Under the pieces are notes generated by a model. It had not been told where the DNA came from and did no database searches. It saw only the letters and a program-made list of their open reading frames with translations. Positions 43,902 to 52,725 of a DNA stretch of 64,000 nucleotides are shown piece after piece (position 1 is the first letter of the stretch; each line of letters opens with the position of its first letter). Position numbers and translations under genes: made by a program. Source of the stretch: a virus; IMG/VR virus record IMGVR_UViG_3300044698_000251, positions 822 through 64,821 of that record. The stretch is one strand, 5' to 3'.

Positions 43902-44590
43902 CCATCGGATCCGCGCACGGCCTCACCACCCCACGAGCCGCCGACTGGCGAGACGCATCCAACTGTCGCGGCGAGGACCCGGCCCTGTTCTTCCCTCAGG
44001 GCGACTCCGGGCCCTGGCTCCTGCGCATCGAGCAGGCCAAAGCCATCTGCCGGGCCTGCCCCGTCGCCGAAGCCTGCGCCCAGTGGGCCCTCAACAGCCG
44101 CGAGAACTACGGCATCTTCGGCGGCTTCACCGAACAGGAACGGGCCAGCATCCGGCGCGCGAAGACACGCCGCCGCATCAGCCCCGAAGAAGCCGCCAAG
44201 AAAGCCGAGCAGGCCAGGCAGGCCCAGCCCCGCACCATGCAGTCCATCCACGACGCCAGCACCGTCCGCCTCTACGGCGGACACCTCGCCTGGGTCGGGC
44301 CGAAGAGAGTCCATTTCAAAGGGCAGCAGTTCACGCCGAAGCAGTTCTGCTTCGCCCTCGACCGCGGCCGCAGCCCCGACGGCCCCGTCCGCTCCGAGTG
44401 CGGCATCGACGAATGCGTGCTCGCCGCGCATCTCGCGGACACGGCGGAGCGGTCTCGGTGCGGCACAAGGTACGGCTACGACCTGCATCTGAAAGCCGGT
44501 GAGCCGACGTGTGATCGGTGCCGTCGCGCGAACGCGGACGCGGACAACCGGCTCCGCTGGACCGGCACCACGAAGGCGGTGGCGGCATGA
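43898..44590 (+). CDS. WhiB-family protein fused to degenerate HNH-like and C-terminal Cys/His module
   Basis: C.GEDPALFF..AKAICRACPV..C, GIFGG; HLAWVG..C..DECV..HL; CGTRYGY..H..EPTCDRC. Confidence 0.85.
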   Translation: MTIGSAHGLTTPRAADWRDASNCRGEDPALFFPQGDSGPWLLRIEQAKAICRACPVAEACAQWALNSRENYGIFGGFTEQERASIRRAKTRRRISPEEAAKKAEQARQAQPRTMQSIHDASTVRLYGGHLAWVGPKRVHFKGQQFTPKQFCFALDRGRSPDGPVRSECGIDECVLAAHLADTAERSRCGTRYGYDLHLKAGEPTCDRCRRANADADNRLRWTGTTKAVAA

Positions 44591-45180
44591 CCCGTATCCC
44601 CGCAGCCTTCCCGAAAAACCTCGAACCCGCCGGCCAGTGGGTGCACCAGGCCGCTTGCCTCGGCCGCCGGGACGACATGTTCCCTGACAACAGTGAAACC
44701 GGAATCGCGAACGCGAAGCGGATCTGTAAGCCGTGTCCGGTCTGGCGCGAATGCCTGGCCGACGCGATCCGGACCGGCGACAACGAGCACGGCATCCGCG
44801 GCGGACTGAAGCCGTGCGAACGCCGCGACCTGGCCCGGAAGATGGCGCTCGACGCCGGGGAGCCGGCCGTCGAGGAACCGTCGGCCGCGCGGACTCTCGA
44901 AACCCTGTGGGGTGAGAACACGGCTGCCGGTGACGGGCATCTCGCCTGGACGGGCGGCAACCCCGTCTACCTGAACAACCGTGTGTACACGCCGAAGCGG
45001 GTTGCTTTCTGGGTGGACCGGGGGCGGGTTCCGATCGGTTCGGTGCGTGCAACATGCCGGGTCGACGGGTGTGTGCTGCCCGCGCATCTCACTGATCGGC
45101 GGGAACGGGAGCAGCAGCGGGAGGCCGAGCGCCTCGCCGCTGAGCGGGCGGAAGCGCAGCGGATGGCGGCCGCCTCGTGA
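44587..45180 (+). CDS. WhiB-family protein fused to degenerate HNH-like module
   Basis: AAC..AKRICKPCPVWREC, GIRGG; HLAWTG..TCRVDGCVLPAHL. Confidence 0.8.
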   Translation: MTRIPAAFPKNLEPAGQWVHQAACLGRRDDMFPDNSETGIANAKRICKPCPVWRECLADAIRTGDNEHGIRGGLKPCERRDLARKMALDAGEPAVEEPSAARTLETLWGENTAAGDGHLAWTGGNPVYLNNRVYTPKRVAFWVDRGRVPIGSVRATCRVDGCVLPAHLTDRREREQQREAERLAAERAEAQRMAAAS

Positions 45181-45395
45181 CCGGGGAGGACGCGGGCCCG
45201 GACCCGCCGCCGCTCTTGGACTGGCGGGACGCCAAGCACTGGTCGTGGACGGCGAAGCAGTGCCGTTACTGTCCCGGGCTCACCAATCTTCGCGACAGCA
45301 AAGGAAAGCCTGCGCATAAAACGTGTGCAGAGACCGCCCTCGCACAGCAGGCCGCAGAAGCAGCCGACGCCTACCAGACGGGACATCTCGGATGA
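45177..45395 (+). CDS. Small zinc-binding hypothetical protein
   Basis: CRYC...T.LRD..GKPAHKTCAE. Confidence 0.65.
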   Translation: MTGEDAGPDPPPLLDWRDAKHWSWTAKQCRYCPGLTNLRDSKGKPAHKTCAETALAQQAAEAADAYQTGHLG

Positions 45396-45532
45396 AGCAC
45401 CTCGCGACTGGCCTGATCTTCGGGGCCGCCGCAGTCGGCATCACCTACGCGGCGGGGGCGAGCTGGCTGCTGACCGTCGTGGTCGGCTGCTCGGTCGCCG
45501 CCCTCGTCTGCGCCCTACTCGACCGCCTCTAA
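45392..45532 (+). CDS. Small membrane protein
   Basis: 46 aa, two hydrophobic segments, ATGA coupling. Confidence 0.5.
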   Translation: MKHLATGLIFGAAAVGITYAAGASWLLTVVVGCSVAALVCALLDRL

Positions 45533-45544
45533 CCAAACCAACGA

Positions 45545-45573
45545 GCGCCCCGTCACCCGAATTGACGGGGCGC
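45545..45573 (+). repeat. ACGA-preceded GC hairpin before RBS
   Basis: GCGCCCCGTCA-N7-TGACGGGGCGC. Confidence 0.75.
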
Positions 45574-45595
45574 CCAACCCCAAGGAGAACACCCC

Positions 45596-46282
45596 ATGAT
45601 CAGCATCACCAAGGTCGAGCAGCAGGCCCCCGGCCTCGTCTCCCTCGCCAAAACCGCCGCAGTCTCCCTGGAGAAGAACGGCCTCGACGGACAGCGAGCC
45701 GCCGTCCAACTCGTCCTCGACCACTCCGGCAGCATGGCCCCCTACTACGCCAACGGGTCGGTGCAGCGCCTCGCAGAACAAGCACTCGGCCTGTCCGCCA
45801 ACCTCGACGACGACGGGTCGGTGCCGCTCATCTACTTCGGCTCCCGCGCCGAACAGCACGACGACGCCCGCCTCGACAACTACGCCGGGATCATCGACCG
45901 CACCCACCAGGCTGTGCGCTGGGGCTCAACGGACTACGTCGCCGGAATGAACGCGGCGATCACCGAGTACCGCAACTCCGGTGCCACAGACCCCGGGCTC
46001 GTCATCTTCCAGACGGACGGCGAACCCAACAGCCGCAAGGCCGTCGAACGCGCCCTCCGCGAGGCGTCCAAGCTGCCGATCTTCTGGGCGTTCGTCGGGT
46101 TCGGCGGGCGCGTCGAGTTCCTGGAGAAGCTCGACGACCTCGGCGGCCGGGCCGTCGACAACGCCTCCTTCTTCCACGCCCGCGACCCGCACCGCGTGTC
46201 CGACGCCGACCTGTACGACGGCATCACCGCCGAGTTCGCCGGATGGCTGACCGCCGCTCGCGCCGCCGGAATCCTCCACTGA
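45596..46282 (+). CDS. vWA domain protein (TerF-associated vWA-like)
   Basis: LVLDHSGSM MIDAS, VIFQTDG, FWAFVG, DNASFF. Confidence 0.85.
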   Translation: MISITKVEQQAPGLVSLAKTAAVSLEKNGLDGQRAAVQLVLDHSGSMAPYYANGSVQRLAEQALGLSANLDDDGSVPLIYFGSRAEQHDDARLDNYAGIIDRTHQAVRWGSTDYVAGMNAAITEYRNSGATDPGLVIFQTDGEPNSRKAVERALREASKLPIFWAFVGFGGRVEFLEKLDDLGGRAVDNASFFHARDPHRVSDADLYDGITAEFAGWLTAARAAGILH

Positions 46283-46292
46283 CCACCTGACC

Positions 46293-46404
46293 GGCGGCCG
46301 TCCCCCACGGCCGCCACCCGGGGCCCGCGACTTCCCCCGAGCGCGGGCCCGCACCCAACCAACCGACCGCAGCACGAAGGCCCCGCACGGACTGGTACGG
46401 GGCC
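46293..46404 (+). repeat. Three tandem GC hairpins
   Basis: GGCGGCCGT/ACGGCCGCC (46293-46314), GGGCCCGCG/CGCGGGCCC (46321-46350), GGCCCCG/CGGGGCC (46379-46404). Confidence 0.7.
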
Positions 46405-46434
46405 AGAAACCAACCCGAACAGAACGGAACCCAC

Positions 46435-47904
46435 GTGGCAGATCTGCAAGACCTCTACGGCACCCGCCAAGCACACCCCTACGCCGATATCTTCCCGCTC
46501 CTTCCCGAGGCGGAGTTGAAGGCGCTCGCCGACGACGTTGCCGCGCATGGGCTGCGTGAGCCGATCTGGTTGCACCGTGACGGGCGGATCATCGACGGGC
46601 GCAACCGGTACCGGGCGTGCGAGTTGGCCGGGGTCGAACCGGAGTACCGCACTTATCAGGGCGACGACGCCGGTCTGCTCGGCTTCGTCGTCTCGCTGAA
46701 CCTGCATCGGCGACACCTCGACGTGGGGCAGCGCGCGATGATTGCCGACACGCTCGCCAATATGCAGCAGGGTGCCCGGACAGACCTTGTGGAATTTTCC
46801 ACAAAGTCGCCTGCCGATGACGACCTGTTTGGGGATGCGCCGCAGCCCGAACCAGCCGCGCTCGCTATCTCACAGTCGCAGGCCGCCGCGCTGATGAACG
46901 TCAGCCGCGAAAGCGTGGTCATGGCCCGCAAGGTGCGTGAGCAGGGCGTTCCCGAACTTGCGGAAAAGGTCGTCGCGGGGAAGGCCAGCGTCTCGGCTGC
47001 GGCCGCGATTGCCGAGGCTTCCAAGGAGGAGCAGTTCGAGGCCCTCGCGGCAGCCGAAGAGGCAGCGAAGTCAGCGGCAGCCGGAAGGCGCGCGCAGGAG
47101 GCCACCGAAGCCGCTGCCCGCGCCGAGGAGAAGGAGATCATCCGCCGCGCCAACGAACTCAGGAAGCGGAAGGCCGAGGCGAAGGCGGAAGCGAAACGAG
47201 CGCGCACAGAACAGCTCGCCAAGCAAGCCGCCGAGGCCGCCCAACGCATCCAGGTCCTCGCTGACCCGGCGCGCCCCGAGGCCGGGCAGTGGTGGCAGCT
47301 CGGACGACACCGCCTGTACTGCGGCGACTCCACCGACCCAGAGTTCATCAAAGCCACGCAAGACGCAGCATTCGCATTCGCTGACCCGCCATACAACGCC
47401 GGCAAAGCCGAGTGGGACCACAGCTTCGTCTGGGGTCACGACTACCTCACCGACAGCGCGCCCATCGTCGCCGTTACTCCTGGACTGTCCGCCGTACAGG
47501 ACTTCTTCACAACAACCGCCATGCCCTACCGGTGGTCGATGGCCGCATGGATCGCCAACGGCATGACCCGCGGCGCCCTCGGATTCGGCAACTGGATCTA
47601 CCTTGCCTTGTTCTCCCACGGCGAGAGCCTGCACCGCAACGCGCAGGACGTGCTGCGGATAACGATCGAAACGGCCAGCACATCCGAGACGAACCACGCG
47701 TCCCGTAAACCGGCACGCCTCCTCGTCGACCTCATCGACCTCTTCACCAACGAGGGGGACATCGTCGTCGACCCCTTCCTCGGATCGGGCACCACGCTCT
47801 TCGCAGCAGACCAGACCGGTCGCACCTGCGTAGGCGCCGAACTCGACCTCCTCCACTGCGGCGAGATCATCGCCAAATACGGGCCGGAGGCGCGACCCCT
47901 ATGA
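46435..47904 (+). CDS. ParB-like N-terminal domain fused to N6/N4 DNA methyltransferase
   Basis: HPYADIFP..LADDV..GLREPI..IIDGRNRYRAC, SLNLHRRHL; LYCGDS, FADPPY, HASRKP, VVDPFLGSGTT. Confidence 0.88.
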   Translation: MADLQDLYGTRQAHPYADIFPLLPEAELKALADDVAAHGLREPIWLHRDGRIIDGRNRYRACELAGVEPEYRTYQGDDAGLLGFVVSLNLHRRHLDVGQRAMIADTLANMQQGARTDLVEFSTKSPADDDLFGDAPQPEPAALAISQSQAAALMNVSRESVVMARKVREQGVPELAEKVVAGKASVSAAAAIAEASKEEQFEALAAAEEAAKSAAAGRRAQEATEAAARAEEKEIIRRANELRKRKAEAKAEAKRARTEQLAKQAAEAAQRIQVLADPARPEAGQWWQLGRHRLYCGDSTDPEFIKATQDAAFAFADPPYNAGKAEWDHSFVWGHDYLTDSAPIVAVTPGLSAVQDFFTTTAMPYRWSMAAWIANGMTRGALGFGNWIYLALFSHGESLHRNAQDVLRITIETASTSETNHASRKPARLLVDLIDLFTNEGDIVVDPFLGSGTTLFAADQTGRTCVGAELDLLHCGEIIAKYGPEARPL

Positions 47905-48461
47905 GCACAGCCTTCAGCCAGAAGAACTTCGAATTCACCAAGCGCGCACACCTCGCCGCACAACGGGAGCTCTACCCCCGCTTGTTCCCCGCCTGCAACG
48001 TCAGCTTCGAGGACGTCACCCAAACCGCGCAGGACCTCGAATACGCCATCGACTGCCAGCTGTCCATCAAGCCCTTCCTGCTAGACCTACGCGCCCCGAT
48101 CCGGCTGTCAGTGCAGGAGCGGTTCCGTAGGCCTGCGTCCATGGGGTTCAACGACGTCACTGTCACCGAGTTCAACACAGAGACGGGCGTGCCCTCCGAG
48201 CTGCACAAACTCGGCGCGCACATGTTCGTCTACGGCTTCTACGACGACGACAGAGACCGCCTTGGACAGGTGTGGGTGGTGGACGTTCTTCAGATGCAGG
48301 TGGCGCTTGTGAACGGCAAGCTCCGCTACACACGCGGGCGCCGCAAGGGCCGAGACCAGACGTTCCTGGGGTTCGACGTCGCGCGGCTGCGCGAGTTGGG
48401 TGCCGTGAAGTACGTGCACGACGGCTGGGCTACCACGGGCGACACGGAGCCCACGTCATGA
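47901..48461 (+). CDS. Hypothetical protein, possible PD-(D/E)XK nuclease fold
   Basis: ATGA coupled to the MTase; DLEYAIDC..VQERFR, FVYGF. Confidence 0.5.
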   Translation: MSTAFSQKNFEFTKRAHLAAQRELYPRLFPACNVSFEDVTQTAQDLEYAIDCQLSIKPFLLDLRAPIRLSVQERFRRPASMGFNDVTVTEFNTETGVPSELHKLGAHMFVYGFYDDDRDRLGQVWVVDVLQMQVALVNGKLRYTRGRRKGRDQTFLGFDVARLRELGAVKYVHDGWATTGDTEPTS

Positions 48462-48517
48462 CCGGCATCGGGTGTCGTGTGGCGGCTGGCAGCATGCCGG
48501 CCGCCCGCGGCGGCGCG

Positions 48518-48709
48518 TCAGGACTCGGCGATCGTGCGGGCGGCGCCGGCGTCGCGTTGGCGCTTCTTCCATGCCGCGATCTGCCGGTGGATGTGACGAC
48601 GGAGGTCGTCTGCACGGGTCGTGCCCATGTCCTTGCACGCCTCCTCGTACGCGGTCCACGTCTCGCCATCGACGCGGATCACGCGGCCGGGGGTTCCCTT
48701 CGTCGTCAT
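48518..48709 (-). CDS. Ribbon-helix-helix DNA-binding protein
   Basis: RVIRVDGETW.AY..AC..GTTRADDLRRHI; TACGCT -10 six nt before ATG (leaderless). Confidence 0.7.
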   Translation of the reverse strand: MTTKGTPGRVIRVDGETWTAYEEACKDMGTTRADDLRRHIHRQIAAWKKRQRDAGAARTIAES

Positions 48710-48901
48710 GTCGACAGCGTAGCTGACCGGACACGGGATGGGCACCTCGCCTTCGCATTCAACCACTCGGTGCCCGTGCGCTGTAGGGGCACCTGGGTTA
48801 AGATGGGACAAGCCGGAAGGGCGACTGCCGCCCCGACGAAGCCGCCATGAGCGCTGCCTGAAACCAGGCCCTGAACAGCAACGACGGCGAGAGAAGAGCA
48901 C

Positions 48902-49855
48902 GTGAGCACAGATGCAGTGACCTGGGCCATGGACGACGCGCCCATGCCACGCACCGAGAAGGGCAAGCCGGACACCACTGCCCGGCATGTCCTTCAGACG
49001 CTCGCCGAGCACGCCAAGCCCGACGGCACGAACAGCCACCCCTCGGTGCTTCGCATCCAGTACCGCACCGGCTACGACCGCACCACCGTCCAGCGCGCGC
49101 TGCGCCGGCTGGAGAGCGGCGCCCTGATCGTGCGCGACGGCACGACCGAGGGGCGCGCGCGCTGGAAGCTCGCCATGGAGCTGCGCCGTCCGGAGTCGGA
49201 CTGGGCGGATCTGGAACGCGAGGAGGACGACTTCCGTGCGGCTGCCGCCGAGCGGAAGAGGCGGTCCCGCTCGAAGACTGTCACGCACTCAGAGTCCGTG
49301 ACTGTCACAGGCGTAAAGGACGTGACTGTCACGGACGCAGAATCCGTGACCGCCGATGTCACGGACGGAACGCCTAGCCGTCACGCACTTAAAGTCCGTT
49401 CGTCACGGACGGAACGCCGCCCTAACCACCAACAACCGTCAGACAACCAACTACTAAAAGACTCTTCTTCGCCTGCGGCTCACGAAGACGAGCCCACCGA
49501 GGATCTGCACCTCGACGCGTTCGGCGCCTTCTGGAGCAACTACCCGAAGAAGCGCAACCGCGAGGAAGCCAAGCTCGCCTGGCTCGCCGCCATCAGGCGC
49601 GGCATCGTCCCCCAGCAAATGATCGACGGCGCCCAGCGCTACGCCCGTGAGCGGGCTGGTGAAGATCCCAAGTTCACCAAGTACCCCGCCACCTGGCTGA
49701 ACAAGGGCTGCTACGACGACGAGCCCGACCCGCGGCCCGGCCCCCAGCTCCGCGCGGTGTCCGGCTGGACGGCCCCGAACCGCCCCCACCCCATGACCGG
49801 CGCCGCAGCACAAATCTGGACCGCCGACGACTACAAGAATGCGAAGCCCTTCTGA
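48902..49855 (+). CDS. Phage replication initiator (N-terminal HTH)
   Basis: AVTWAM..ARHVL..LAEHA..SHPSV..TGY.RTTVQRALRRLE; FWSNYPKKR, KYPATWLN. Confidence 0.8.
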   Translation: MSTDAVTWAMDDAPMPRTEKGKPDTTARHVLQTLAEHAKPDGTNSHPSVLRIQYRTGYDRTTVQRALRRLESGALIVRDGTTEGRARWKLAMELRRPESDWADLEREEDDFRAAAAERKRRSRSKTVTHSESVTVTGVKDVTVTDAESVTADVTDGTPSRHALKVRSSRTERRPNHQQPSDNQLLKDSSSPAAHEDEPTEDLHLDAFGAFWSNYPKKRNREEAKLAWLAAIRRGIVPQQMIDGAQRYARERAGEDPKFTKYPATWLNKGCYDDEPDPRPGPQLRAVSGWTAPNRPHPMTGAAAQIWTADDYKNAKPF

Positions 49856-50442
49856 TGACCAGCGCAGACAACCGGCGCACCCGGCACGACGCCGCCCAAG
49901 CCGCAGCCCGCGCCGAGATCCGCGCACAAACCCTCGACCGCTACCTCGCCCGCCGCCCCAAAGCCTTCGACGAGAACGGCCCCTTCCGGCCCGAAGCCGA
50001 CCAGTGGATCGACGGCTTCCTGTCCGGCTCGCACGCCTCGCTGCTCCTCCTCGGCGAACCCGGCACCGGCAAAACCTGGCACCTGTGGAAGATCGGCGAA
50101 CTCCTCATCGAGCGCGGCTGGTACGGCCGCTACTACCTCGTCTCCGACTTCGAATTCAAAGCCGCCGCCGACCGGCCCGTCGACCACGACAAGCTCCACG
50201 CCTGGCGCGAAGCACCACTCCTCGCCCTCGACGACCTCGGCGCCACCCAGCTCTACCCCTGGACCGTCGACGCCATCGCCCAAGTCGTCGACGCCCGCTG
50301 GCAAAACCAGCTCCCCACCCTCATCTCCACCAACCTGCCCACCCTCGAACCCCTCGGCCCGCGCACCATGTCCCGCTTCGCCGACGGCGGCTCCACCGCG
50401 GTCGCGTTCACCGGCACCGACTTCCGAAGGAACCGCGCGTGA
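49855..50442 (+). CDS. DnaC/IstB-like helicase loader ATPase
   Basis: GEPGTGKT Walker A, LLALDDLG Walker B, TLISTN. Confidence 0.88.
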   Translation: MTSADNRRTRHDAAQAAARAEIRAQTLDRYLARRPKAFDENGPFRPEADQWIDGFLSGSHASLLLLGEPGTGKTWHLWKIGELLIERGWYGRYYLVSDFEFKAAADRPVDHDKLHAWREAPLLALDDLGATQLYPWTVDAIAQVVDARWQNQLPTLISTNLPTLEPLGPRTMSRFADGGSTAVAFTGTDFRRNRA

Positions 50443-51812
50443 CCCACGACTACGACGACCAGGCCGCCGAGCACGGCGAGCAGCCGTCCCGCCTGATCCC
50501 GCCGCAGGACGTCGCCGCCGAGATGGCCCTCCTCGGAGAGATGATCTTCGCCGACCGGGCCATCGAAGAAGCCCTCGACATCCTCACCCCCGGCGACTTC
50601 AGCCGCCCCGCACACGAAACCATCGCCCGCACCGTCATCGACCTGTTCAACTCCGGCCACCCCCACGACCCCATCGCCCTCGGCAACCGGCTCGAAAAAG
50701 ACGGCGAACTCACCCGCGTCGGCGGCAGCCCCTACCTCTTCCAGCTCACCCAAGCCATGGTCACCGTCTCCCACGCCAGCCACCACGCCCGGATCGTCCA
50801 CGAGAAAGCCATCCTCCGGAAGATCCGCGAAGCCGGAAACGGCATGAGCCAGAGCGTCCACCGCGGAGAACAGACACCCGACGAGATCCTCCAAAGCGCC
50901 TACGACACCCTCGAAGGCCTGACCACCCTCACCGACCCCGGCGACACCGACCTCGCCATCGGCGCCGACATCATGGACACCGTCGCCGAAGTCGTCGACA
51001 TCCGGGAGAACGGCCCCAAGGGAGGCCTCAAAACCGGCTTCGCCGACTTCGACGAACTCACCGGCGGACTCCAGCCCGGCCAGCTCATCCTCATCGCCGC
51101 CCGCCCCGCCATGGGCAAATCCGTCCTCGCCGGAGACATCGCCCGCACCACCGCCATCCGCAACGACATCCCCACCGCGTTCTTCTCCCTGGAGATGGGC
51201 CGCAAGGAACTCGAAAAGCGATTCCTCGCAGCCCACGCCACCTACCCGCTCCACTGGATGAAGAACAAAGGCCCCCTCGACGACGCCAAAATCCTCGACC
51301 TCATCGAAGCCGGCAAGGACATGCAGGCCTCGCCGCTGTTCATCGTCGCCGACACCGGTGTCACCGTCGCGAAGATCCGCTCGCACTGCCGCCGCGTCCA
51401 ACGCCAGCACGGCCTCGGCCTCGTCGTCGTCGACTACCTCCAGCTCATGGGCGGCGAATCAAACGGGCGCGGCGACAACCGGCAGCAAGAAGTCTCACGG
51501 ATCAGCCGCGGACTGAAGACCCTCGCCATGGACCTGCAAGTCCCCGTCGTCGCCCTCTCCCAGCTCAACCGCGGACCCGAGCAACGCCAGGACAAGAAGC
51601 CGCAGGTATCCGACCTCCGCGAGTCCGGCTCCCTCGAACAAGACGCCGACATCGTCATCCTGCTCCACCGCGAAGACGCCTACCAGAAGGAATCCGTCCG
51701 CGCCGGCGAAGCCGACCTCATCGTCGCCAAACACCGCAACGGGCCCACCGCCACGATCACCGTCGCCTTCCAAGGGCATTATGCCCGTTTCGTGGATATG
51801 GCGGCGACGTGA
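50439..51812 (+). CDS. dnaB: Replicative DNA helicase
   Basis: PPQDVAAE, TGFADFDELTGGLQPGQLILIAARPAMGKS, VVVDYLQLM, SQLNR, SDLRESGSLEQDAD, AKHRNGPT. Confidence 0.97.
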   Translation: MTHDYDDQAAEHGEQPSRLIPPQDVAAEMALLGEMIFADRAIEEALDILTPGDFSRPAHETIARTVIDLFNSGHPHDPIALGNRLEKDGELTRVGGSPYLFQLTQAMVTVSHASHHARIVHEKAILRKIREAGNGMSQSVHRGEQTPDEILQSAYDTLEGLTTLTDPGDTDLAIGADIMDTVAEVVDIRENGPKGGLKTGFADFDELTGGLQPGQLILIAARPAMGKSVLAGDIARTTAIRNDIPTAFFSLEMGRKELEKRFLAAHATYPLHWMKNKGPLDDAKILDLIEAGKDMQASPLFIVADTGVTVAKIRSHCRRVQRQHGLGLVVVDYLQLMGGESNGRGDNRQQEVSRISRGLKTLAMDLQVPVVALSQLNRGPEQRQDKKPQVSDLRESGSLEQDADIVILLHREDAYQKESVRAGEADLIVAKHRNGPTATITVAFQGHYARFVDMAAT

Positions 51813-52393
51813 TGGCGGCCACCTGCGCGGGAGAACGCCGCTGCATCGAGTGCGGCTCGCTGGAGTTCTACGCCCGCGAGCGGTGCCAGACCTGTTACGG
51901 CCGGTTCAGGCGACAGGCGAAGAGGGCAGGCACCTTCACCCTCCTCGTCGTCCACGGCGCATCGAACGAGAAGCTCGCCGAGCAATCCGAGTCGGGCCCC
52001 GGCGGATGTGTGCTGTACACCGGCTGCCTCACCCGCCAGGGGTACGGCCAGATCCGTGTCAACGGCACCCAGATGCTGGCCCATCGCGCCATCTACGAAC
52101 TCGCGGTCGGCCCCATACCTGACGGCATGGAACTGGACCACACCTGCCACAACCAGGACCCCAGCTGCATGGGCGGCGACACCTGCGTCCATCGCCGCTG
52201 CATCAACGTCGAGCACCTAGAGCCCGTCACCGGCGCAGAAAACACGCGCCGCGGCAAGAGCTGGGCCATCAACGGGACCAAGACCCACTGCCCACAGGGC
52301 CACCCCTACGACGCCGAGAACACCCACGTCTGGAACGGGCGCCGTTACTGCCGCGCCTGCAACCGGGCGATCAAGAAATCCCGGAGGGGGTGA
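51809..52393 (+). CDS. HNH endonuclease (HNH_3-like)
   Basis: GYGQI, AHRAIYE, LDHTC, CINVEHLEPVT..EN; KTHCPQGHPY. Confidence 0.85.
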   Translation: MMAATCAGERRCIECGSLEFYARERCQTCYGRFRRQAKRAGTFTLLVVHGASNEKLAEQSESGPGGCVLYTGCLTRQGYGQIRVNGTQMLAHRAIYELAVGPIPDGMELDHTCHNQDPSCMGGDTCVHRRCINVEHLEPVTGAENTRRGKSWAINGTKTHCPQGHPYDAENTHVWNGRRYCRACNRAIKKSRRG

Positions 52394-52400
52394 ACGAACC

Positions 52401-52583
52401 GTGGCCTACCTCGACGTCTGCGACCGCTGCCTCACCGAAGACAGCCCCGCCGTAACGCCCCTCAGCCTCACCCCGTCCGGACCCGACGGCGTCCTCGCCC
52501 TCTACCTCTGCCCCCGATGCGGCGACGCCTGGACCTGCGGATGGCTCGTACAGGAAGACCCCGCAGCCCACCCCGCCGCCTGA
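52401..52583 (+). CDS. Small zinc-ribbon protein
   Basis: CDRC...YLCPRCG..WTCGW. Confidence 0.6.
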   Translation: MAYLDVCDRCLTEDSPAVTPLSLTPSGPDGVLALYLCPRCGDAWTCGWLVQEDPAAHPAA

Positions 52584-52725
52584 CCGTCAGCGATCACCAC
52601 CGCGCAAGCCCCCCAACCACCACCCGGGCGAACCACACCAACCCGGACAAGCCGCACCCGGTACCACCACACCCCACCCAAACCGGACACCCGGTTGATC
52701 AGCAACACGTGAAGGAGCAGCACCG

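Noticed and set aside
45942-45973. CCGGAATGAAC-N15-TACCGC inside the vWA gene
   Set aside because: Spacing one short, terminal T missing, lies in the early region; probably chance
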